Shown here piece after piece: positions 57,986-64,000 of a stretch of 64,000 bases of DNA. Each line of letters starts with the position of its first letter. Position 1 is the stretch's first letter. Under the pieces are notes generated by a model. That model did no database searches. It saw only the letters and a list, made by a program, of their open reading frames with translations, and was not told where the DNA came from. The position numbers and the translations under genes are program-made. Origin of the DNA: an uncultured Verrucomicrobia subdivision 3 bacterium (GTDB lineage Bacteria > Verrucomicrobiota > Verrucomicrobiia > Limisphaerales > UBA11358). The stretch spans positions 69,487 through 133,486 of the forward strand of contig CAIPKV010000059.1 of NCBI GenBank assembly GCA_903865745.1. Direction: 5' to 3'.

Positions 57986-59368
57986 ATGCAATTCAACACC
58001 GCTGTCCTTCGCGCCCGCAGCTATTTCGCGACCGGTGTCACGCGCCCAGTGGTATTTCGGCGGGAACAGTTAAACAAACTTTCCGCCGCGCTTCGACAAC
58101 ATGAGCCAGCTTTGCTTGCCGCACTGCAAGCTGACCTTGGCAAATCACCTTACCAATCGCTGGCTTCCGAACTGGGTCTGGTGCATGCGGAAATCAATCA
58201 CGCCTTGCGCCATTTATCAAGTTGGGCTGCGCCATCGAAGCGGCGCACGCCGTGGCTCGTCGCGCCGGCAGACGGTTGGGTGCAAGTGGAGCCGTTCGGC
58301 GTCGTGTTGATTCTCGGTCCGTGGAATTATCCGGTGCAACTGCTGTTAGCGCCATTGGTCAGCGCCATCGCAGCCGGCAATGCGATTATTCTGAAACCGT
58401 CTGAACTCGCACCGCGCACAGCCGAAGCGCTCAGCATTTTAGTCGCCAAGACTTTTCCGCCGGAATACATCTCGGCAGTCAATGGCGGTTCGGAAGTTGC
58501 CGAGGCGTTGTTGCAGGAAAAGTTCGACAAAATATTTTTTACCGGGAGCGCGCGGGTAGGCCGCCTAGTGATGACGGCGGCGGCTAGGCATTTGACGCCA
58601 GTCACCTTGGAACTGGGTGGCAAATGTCCCGCCATCGTTTGCGCAGACGCAAAGGTGGAACTCGCCGCTCGTCGCATTGCTTGGGGCAAATTTATTGGCG
58701 CTGGTCAAACCTGCGTCGCGCCCGATCACGTTTGGGTTCATCGGAGTATCCGCGGGCCATTTTTAGCGGCGCTTAAAAAAACGCTGCGGGAGTTTTACGG
58801 GGAAGACCCATCTGCCAGTGCCGATTATGGTCGCATCGTCAACCAGCAACATTTTGACCGGCTGCTGAAATACCTCGGGGATGGAAAAGTCTTTCACGGC
58901 GGTGAAAATGACGCGGAGAAATTATATCTCGCACCGACAATTTTAACCGACGTACGGCCAAAGTCGCCGGTGTTGCAGGAAGAAATCTTTGGACCTGTTC
59001 TACCTGTTCTCGAATTTGACGACTTGGACGAAACCTTGACCCAACTGCAAGCTGCCCCCACGCCGCTGGCGTTATATGTATTCACCGAAAATCGTTCGCT
59101 GGAAGACAAAATCCTCAACACCGTGCGCTCCGGCGGCGCGTGTGTGAACGATGTCATCTCGCAAATGGTTGGAACCGGTTTGCCGTTCGGCGGTTTGGGC
59201 GAGAGCGGCTTCGGCAGCTATCATGGGCGCGCCGGATTTGATGCCTTTTCACACCAGCGTTCTGTGCTGCGGCGCGCCACTTGGTTGGATTTACCTTTCC
59301 GTTATCCGCCCGCGCGGCTTGCCATCCCCACCTTGAAACGTGCGCTTCGTTTTCTTCTGCGTGGCTGA
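57986..59368 (+). CDS. Aldehyde dehydrogenase (class-3 / fatty- or carotenoid-aldehyde type)
   Basis: It has the ALDH motifs ELGGKCPAIV and CVAPD (catalytic Cys) plus EEIFGPVLPV. It is divergent from the carotenoid operon. Confidence 0.85.
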   Translation: MQFNTAVLRARSYFATGVTRPVVFRREQLNKLSAALRQHEPALLAALQADLGKSPYQSLASELGLVHAEINHALRHLSSWAAPSKRRTPWLVAPADGWVQVEPFGVVLILGPWNYPVQLLLAPLVSAIAAGNAIILKPSELAPRTAEALSILVAKTFPPEYISAVNGGSEVAEALLQEKFDKIFFTGSARVGRLVMTAAARHLTPVTLELGGKCPAIVCADAKVELAARRIAWGKFIGAGQTCVAPDHVWVHRSIRGPFLAALKKTLREFYGEDPSASADYGRIVNQQHFDRLLKYLGDGKVFHGGENDAEKLYLAPTILTDVRPKSPVLQEEIFGPVLPVLEFDDLDETLTQLQAAPTPLALYVFTENRSLEDKILNTVRSGGACVNDVISQMVGTGLPFGGLGESGFGSYHGRAGFDAFSHQRSVLRRATWLDLPFRYPPARLAIPTLKRALRFLLRG

Positions 59369-59380
59369 TTTACCACCGCT

Positions 59381-60514
59381 TTAATCCACGTTGGGATACG
59401 AGCCGAGGATTTTTACGAAGTTGCAGTGCTTCCCGAGGTGTTGGATGGCTTTCGCCACCTTCGCGTCCTGATAATGTCCGGTGCAGTCAATAAAGAAGAA
59501 ATATTCCCACGCCTTGCGCTTACTCGGGCGGGATTCAATCTTCGTCATGTTGATCTTGAATTTGCGAAATGCGGCAATGGCCTCGTGCAGCGCGCCCGCT
59601 TTGTCCGCCACGCTCAACATTAGGCTGGTGCGGTCATCGCCCGTTGGCGGGCTGCATTGGCGGCCTAGAACGAGAAAACGTGTAACATTAGCGGCATTGT
59701 CCTGAATATTTTTCCCTAAAATCGCCAGCTTGTATTTTTCTGCGGCAAGTTCGGTCGTAATAGCACCAGTGGCGATTTCGGGACCCTTTTTTTCAAGTTT
59801 GACGCCCACATTTGCTTTTTCTGTTTGCCATGATTTAACTGGTTTGCTCGCAATTGCCGCTGACACCGCATTAGAAGTCGTCTCTACAATCACCGCATTA
59901 GGATAATGTTGACGCAACCAATTCCGGCATTGGCCAAAGGTTTGAGGGTGGGCATAAATAGTCGTAATTTTGTCTTTTGGAAAACGACTCGCAAAACAAT
60001 GTGATACCGGTAAAACAATTTGTGAAACTACTTTCAAATCACTATCCACAAACATGTCTAGCGTGTGTGTGACGACACCCTCGGTTGAATTCTCTACCGG
60101 AACCACACCGTAATCAGCATCCTTTTTAGAGACTTCAATGAAAACATCGCCAATTGTTTTTTGTGATGCGTACTGAAGGCTTGAGCCAAAGCGTTTCATT
60201 GCCGCCTGATGTGTAAAGGTTGTCTCTGGTCCGAGATACGCGATGGTCATCGTCTTTTCCAGCGCAAGTGCGCTGGACATGATTTCGCGGTAAATCGCGC
60301 GGAGTTGCTCGTTCGTGATCGGGCCGCTGTTGTGCGAGCAGACGCGGTCGAACACCGTGCGTTCGCGGTGGGGCGCGTAGATTTCCTCACCGGCCGCGAG
60401 CTTGATTTCGCCGATAGCGAGAACGTGGCGGGTGCGCGCGTTGAGCAGTTGGACGATCTGCGTGTCCAGCTTGTCAATCGCCTGACGATGTTCGGAAAGG
60501 CTCATGCCAAGCAA
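59381..60514 (-). CDS. pheA: Bifunctional chorismate mutase / prephenate dehydratase
   Basis: It has an N-terminal CM helix region (IDKLDTQIVQLLNARTRHVLAIGEIK), a PDT domain (IAYLGPETTFTHQAA...) and a C-terminal ACT domain (ESRPSK motif). Confidence 0.88.
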   Translation of the reverse strand: MLGMSLSEHRQAIDKLDTQIVQLLNARTRHVLAIGEIKLAAGEEIYAPHRERTVFDRVCSHNSGPITNEQLRAIYREIMSSALALEKTMTIAYLGPETTFTHQAAMKRFGSSLQYASQKTIGDVFIEVSKKDADYGVVPVENSTEGVVTHTLDMFVDSDLKVVSQIVLPVSHCFASRFPKDKITTIYAHPQTFGQCRNWLRQHYPNAVIVETTSNAVSAAIASKPVKSWQTEKANVGVKLEKKGPEIATGAITTELAAEKYKLAILGKNIQDNAANVTRFLVLGRQCSPPTGDDRTSLMLSVADKAGALHEAIAAFRKFKINMTKIESRPSKRKAWEYFFFIDCTGHYQDAKVAKAIQHLGKHCNFVKILGSYPNVD

Positions 60515-60634
60515 GCATGAAGAATGAAGAATGAAGAATCAAACCTTGTTTCACCGTTGTTTGCTGATCCTCATCGCCTTGAGATGGGGGGTGACGATTG
60601 CGCGGGGGAGCAGCGGTTTTTCTCAGAAAACAAG

Positions 60635-60662
60635 ATTGACTTAAAGCGTTAACAACCTATGC
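60635..60662 (+). promoter_or_regulatory. Candidate sigma-70 promoter for rpsU
   Basis: TTGACT (60635-60640), a 16-nt spacer and TATGCT (60657-60662) lie about 70 nt upstream of the rpsU ATG. This is a pattern match only. Confidence 0.3.
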
Positions 60663-60732
60663 TCCGCATTCCTAAAATTACGCGGGAACTGCCAGTGCAG
60701 TTGTCCCCGCCCCCCGGAAGGAAGTGAGTAGA

Positions 60733-60930
60733 ATGACAGAGATTAAACTGAAAAAAGGCGAACCTGTGGAACGTGCGTTGCGTCGGCTGAAGAAAAAAGT
60801 CGACCGCGAAGGCACTCTCAAAATCGTGCGCAGCCGCCGGCAGTTCGAGAAACCGAGCGCCGTCCGCCGTCGCAAGGAAAAGGTTTCCCGCTTCTCCGCC
60901 ATGCTCGCCGCGCGCCACGCCGACGACTAG
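60733..60930 (+). CDS. rpsU: 30S ribosomal protein S21
   Basis: The sequence is MTEIKLKKGEPVERALRRLKKKVDREGTLKIVRSRRQFEKPSAVRRRKEK. GGAAGGAAG lies upstream. Confidence 0.9.
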   Translation: MTEIKLKKGEPVERALRRLKKKVDREGTLKIVRSRRQFEKPSAVRRRKEKVSRFSAMLAARHADD

Positions 60931-60951
60931 GCCGCGATTTGCATTTCCCGC

Positions 60952-60985
60952 GCCGGGCGTGTCCGCTAGGATGCGCCCGGTTTTT
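60952..60985 (+). terminator. Rho-independent terminator after rpsU
   Basis: The stem is CCGGGCG...CGCCCGG, followed by TTTTT. Confidence 0.55.
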
Positions 60986-60987
60986 CT

Positions 60988-61902
60988 ATGTATTCCTTTT
61001 CAACCTGCTGGAATTCCGCCCGCCACACCGATGGCCGCGCCATGCTGCGTGAGATTCGGGAGCTGGGTTTTGAATATGCTGAATTAAGCCACGGCATCCG
61101 CATCAGCCTCGTTCCAGGTATTCTCGAAGCCGTGCAAGCGGGCGAGATTAAGATTTCCACGCTGCACAATTTCTGTCCCCTGCCAGTGGGCGTTGACAAG
61201 CCGTCGCCGAATCTTTTTGAGTTTTCCTCCGACAAAGAGCGCGACCGTCAGCTCGCCGTGAAGCACACCCTCAACACGTTTAACTTTGCGGTGAAGGTCG
61301 GCGCGCCGCTCGTCGTGCTGCACTTTGGCAGCATGGACCTGAAGGATTACACGGGCAAACTCAAGGAACTCCTCGAACGCGGCGAAAAAGGTTCGCCGAA
61401 AATATTGAAAGTTGTCGCCGAGGCCAATGCCGCGCGCGAGGCGAAGAAGAAGAAAGCCTACGACCATGCCCGCGATACGTTGCGCGAGCTTTATGGCGAA
61501 GCCAAGGCGCGCGGACTAAAGCTAGGCATTGAGATCCGCGAAGCCGTCGAGGAACTGCCCGTTGAATCCGACTTTGCCGCCCTGTTGAAGGAGTTTCCCG
61601 CGCCCGTCGTTTATTACTGGCACGATGTCGGCCACGCGCAGATCAAGTCCGACTTCGGGTTCATCGACCACGCGAAGTTTCTGGCCGAGCGTGCCGACCG
61701 GCTGGCCGGCTTCCACATCCACGACGTGAAATTTCCTGCCCGCGACCATTTTCCACCCGGCGGCGGCGACATTGATTTTGCCGCACTCGCGCCGCTCGTG
61801 AAACCGGAGCACATCAAGGTGTTTGAGTTAAGCCCCAAGGTGCCGGTGGATTCCGTCCGCCCCAGCGTCGCACATCTGAAACGTATCTGGGGCGAGGCAT
61901 AA
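60988..61902 (+). CDS. Sugar-phosphate isomerase/epimerase (xylose-isomerase-like TIM barrel)
   Basis: This 304-aa ORF shows the AP-endonuclease-2/TIM-barrel pattern (FEYAELSHG.., VVLHFGS.., LGIEIRE.., HIHDV). Confidence 0.7.
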   Translation: MYSFSTCWNSARHTDGRAMLREIRELGFEYAELSHGIRISLVPGILEAVQAGEIKISTLHNFCPLPVGVDKPSPNLFEFSSDKERDRQLAVKHTLNTFNFAVKVGAPLVVLHFGSMDLKDYTGKLKELLERGEKGSPKILKVVAEANAAREAKKKKAYDHARDTLRELYGEAKARGLKLGIEIREAVEELPVESDFAALLKEFPAPVVYYWHDVGHAQIKSDFGFIDHAKFLAERADRLAGFHIHDVKFPARDHFPPGGGDIDFAALAPLVKPEHIKVFELSPKVPVDSVRPSVAHLKRIWGEA

Positions 61903-62044
61903 TTAAATAGCTTGCGGTCTCAAATAAATGGCAGAGCATCGGAGCATTCCCCGCTGAATGGCGGGATGTAGTAGGCTGTAATCAAATGTTGGTTTTCGAC
62001 AACGACTCCCTGCCTGCGGGTCTTTGCCGAAGGAGCACAACATT

Positions 62045-62422
62045 ATGAGCTACATCGACCCTGATCAATTGCATGGCGCGCTGGATGGTTTGATCACCTT
62101 CACCGGCAAAAACGCCGCCGCCATCACCGCCGGTGACTTGGATCCCGTCGGTGTTACCACCAAGCTGACGGCCATCCGCGACGGACTCAAAGGCACGAAA
62201 GACATCCGTGACGGAATCAGAACCGAACTGACCACCGCGCAGCAGGCTTTTGCCGGAGCGGCCGCGACTAACTACACCGCCTTTAGCAGCCTGGTGGACG
62301 CCATCTCCGGTGCGTTGGGCAAGACCACGCCGCTCGCCCACCAGGCGTTGAACTACCGGATGCACCTCAACATCCCCGCGCAACATCGTACGCCCGCGCC
62401 CGTTCCGCCGGTTACTGTCTAA
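62045..62422 (+). CDS. Small helical hypothetical protein (P3, possible N-domain-only relative of P1/P2)
   Basis: The ATG at 62045 is preceded by AAGGAG with an 8-nt spacing. The sequence is MSYIDPDQLHGALDGLITFTGKNAAAITAGDLDPVGVTTKLTAIRDGL... A strong terminator follows. Confidence 0.6.
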   Translation: MSYIDPDQLHGALDGLITFTGKNAAAITAGDLDPVGVTTKLTAIRDGLKGTKDIRDGIRTELTTAQQAFAGAAATNYTAFSSLVDAISGALGKTTPLAHQALNYRMHLNIPAQHRTPAPVPPVTV

Positions 62423-62465
62423 GAATGGGACGATTCTTCGCAAGTCATTCAACTTAAGGTAGCAA

Positions 62466-62500
62466 CTGAGCCGCTTATTCAAAAAGCGGCTCAGCTTTTT
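62466..62500 (+). terminator. Rho-independent terminator of the P3 gene
   Basis: There is a perfect 11-bp stem, CTGAGCCGCTT-attcaaa-AAGCGGCTCAG, followed by CTTTTT. Its 3' arm is also the first unit of array 4. Confidence 0.8.
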
Positions 62501-62775
62501 GTAAAAGCGGCGTCGCTTTCGGGAAAAGCGGGTCCGCCTACGGCGACGGCGGGTCGGCTTTTTGGATAAGTGGCTCCGCTTTTCCCGTAGGCGGGACCAG
62601 AGTTGCCGACGGCGGGTTCGCCTTGGCCGACGGCGACGCGGCTTTTGGCAAAGGCGGGTCAGCCTTTTGAATAAGCGGCTCCGCCTTTCCCGACGGCGAC
62701 GTCGCTTTTTGCATAAGCGGGTCCGCCGGTGGCGACGGCGAACCCGCTTTCGCTGCCGGCGAGGCTGGATTGAAG
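62484..62775 (+). repeat. Array 4: 14 tandem units of exactly 21 bp (42-bp super-period) built from small GC hairpin/palindrome units
   Basis: The GCGG/GCGA core lies at 62486, 62507, 62528, 62549, 62570, 62591, 62612, 62633, 62654, 62675, 62696, 62717, 62738 and 62759. All spacings are 21 bp. Confidence 0.9.
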
Positions 62776-62818
62776 TTGTCTCGCCATTTGCGCGTAAATC
62801 GTCAATCGTAAATCGTAA

Positions 62819-64000
62819 ATGACCGCCGCGTCGTCCAGAGCCATCGCCAGAGATATTGTTGCCACCTTGCAACAGGCTGGCTTCGCCGCCTTCTGGGTGG
62901 GCGGTTGTGTGCGCGATTTCCTGCTCGGCCGCGAACCGCAGGATTTTGATATCGCCACGGATGCCAAACCGGAGTCGGTCGAAAAACTCTTCGCCAAGAC
63001 CATTCCGGTCGGCAAGAAATTCGGCGTGATCATCGTGGTCGCGGGCGGGCAGCAATTTCAGGTCGCCACGTTCCGGGCAGAGGCGGAATACCAGGACGGT
63101 CGCCGGCCGGAGAAAGTGGTTTTCGCCAACGCCGAGGCGGATGCGTCGCGCCGCGATTTCACGGTGAACGGGCTGTTCTACGATCCGCTGACGAATAAAA
63201 TCCACGACTGGGTTGGCGGCGAAACCGATTTGCGCGCTAAAATCATCCGGACCATTGGCCGGCCCGAGGAGCGTTTTGGCGAAGATCATCTGCGGATGCT
63301 GCGCGCGGTGCGGTTTGCGGCGCAGTTGGATTTTGAAATCGAGCCGGAAACTTTTGCCGCCATTAAAACGCTGGCGTCGAAAATTAAAATCATCAGTGCC
63401 GAGCGGGTGCGCGATGAGTTGCTTAAAGTATTTTTGCCGCCGCACGCCGCGCGCGGTTTGGTTTTGCTGCGCGACAGCGGGTTGCTGGAACATGTTTTGC
63501 CGGAACTCGCGGCGACGGTCGGCTGCGAGCAGTCGCCCGATTATCATCCCGAAGGCAGTGTGTTTAACCACATCCGCCTGATGCTGGAAAAACTTCCGGC
63601 CCAGCCTTCGCCGTCAGACGACTCCAGTGCGGCAGGCGGGCTGGAACTTTTGCCTTGGGCTGTGTTATTGCACGACATCGCCAAGCCGGTCACGGCGGCA
63701 AAGGATTTGGCGACGGGCAAAATTCATTTTTATGGCCACGAGAAAGTTGGCGCGGAAATGGCGGAAATGATTTTGCAGCGCCTGAAGTTTCCGAACCGGC
63801 CGACGGAAGAAATCGTCGCCGCGGTGCGGCATCACATGCAATTCAAGGACGTGAAGCTGATGCGCAAGGCGACGCTACGTCGATTGTTGCTGCGCGAAAC
63901 CTTCCCGCTGGAGCTGGCCTTGCACCGGCTGGATTGCCTGGGGTCCTCGGGCAATCTGGAGAACTACAACTTTCTGTTGGAGCAGGCGGAGGAATTAAAA
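62819..64000 (+). CDS. cca: CCA-adding tRNA nucleotidyltransferase (5' part, runs off the right edge)
   Basis: My own translation from the ATG at 62819 is MTAASSRAIAREIVATLQQAGFAAFWVGGCVRDFLLGREPQDFDIATDA...RRDFTVNGLFYD...ERFGEDHLRMLRAVRFAAQL...HD domain (LLHDIAKP). It is open through position 64000 (394 codons). It is missing from the ORF track because it has no stop in the window. The 529-aa minus-strand ORF at 61982-63571 is its antisense shadow. Confidence 0.9.
   Translation, partial: MTAASSRAIARDIVATLQQAGFAAFWVGGCVRDFLLGREPQDFDIATDAKPESVEKLFAKTIPVGKKFGVIIVVAGGQQFQVATFRAEAEYQDGRRPEKVVFANAEADASRRDFTVNGLFYDPLTNKIHDWVGGETDLRAKIIRTIGRPEERFGEDHLRMLRAVRFAAQLDFEIEPETFAAIKTLASKIKIISAERVRDELLKVFLPPHAARGLVLLRDSGLLEHVLPELAATVGCEQSPDYHPEGSVFNHIRLMLEKLPAQPSPSDDSSAAGGLELLPWAVLLHDIAKPVTAAKDLATGKIHFYGHEKVGAEMAEMILQRLKFPNRPTEEIVAAVRHHMQFKDVKLMRKATLRRLLLRETFPLELALHRLDCLGSSGNLENYNFLLEQAEELK

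Noticed and set aside
60518-60540. The 7-bp triplet repeat TGAAGAA x3 just beyond the pheA start, and the short direct repeat TTAGCGAGC x2 at about 7941-7958.
   Set aside because: These are very short microsatellite-like duplications with no periodic extension or associated structure. They are probably slippage noise.
62484-62775. One minus frame of array 4 (..GPAYAKSDVAVGKGGAAYSKG.., PAFAKSRVAVGQGEPAVGNSGPAYGKSG..) and the AYA-heptads of array 3 resemble Hep_Hag/YadA-head 7- and 14-residue repeats of trimeric autotransporters.
   Set aside because: That frame contains three in-frame stops within about 290 bp. There is no signal peptide, stalk or membrane-anchor domain nearby. The stretch is far too short for an adhesin.

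Overview
This is a 64-kb, moderately GC-rich chromosomal window. It is most consistent with a Verrucomicrobiota-type bacterium (inference only), based on a PEP-CTERM protein, Sel1 repeats, characteristic secreted-protein C-termini and abundant pectin enzymes. From 1 to 20.5 kb lies a secretome/accessory region. It holds a partial AraC regulator, a two-partner-secretion pair (TpsB/TpsA), PEP-CTERM and related secreted proteins, a Sel1 protein, a coiled-coil porin-like OMP, and a second AraC regulator overlapping exbB-exbD-tonB-exbD. From 20.8 to 28.9 kb lies a pectin/galacturonate module: a CE8 pectinesterase-esterase fusion, GH28, uxaC, uxaE and a large secreted repeat protein. The remainder is mostly housekeeping (rpoD, waaA, mfd, sucD, gltA, trpE, recF, trpS, kpsF, pheA, rpsU, cca), plus a GH106-like hydrolase and a staphyloxanthin-like C30-carotenoid cluster at 52.5-59.4 kb. 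The most unusual signal is not a conventional gene. Four separate intergenic arrays (8720-9120, 33013-33285, 47796-48026, 62484-62775) each contain 11-19 degenerate tandem units with a strict 21-bp period, which equals 7 codons or two helical turns. Arrays 1 and 2 share an identical 14-nt core and sit just upstream of two paralogous small FN3 proteins. Array 4 directly follows a small protein that may be an N-domain-only relative. Array 3 lies between trpE and recF. I cannot tell from sequence alone whether these are phased protein-binding arrays or heptad-repeat micro-genes. I recognised no rRNA, tRNA, CRISPR, transposase or integrase. All family assignments come from motif recognition by eye, with no database search.
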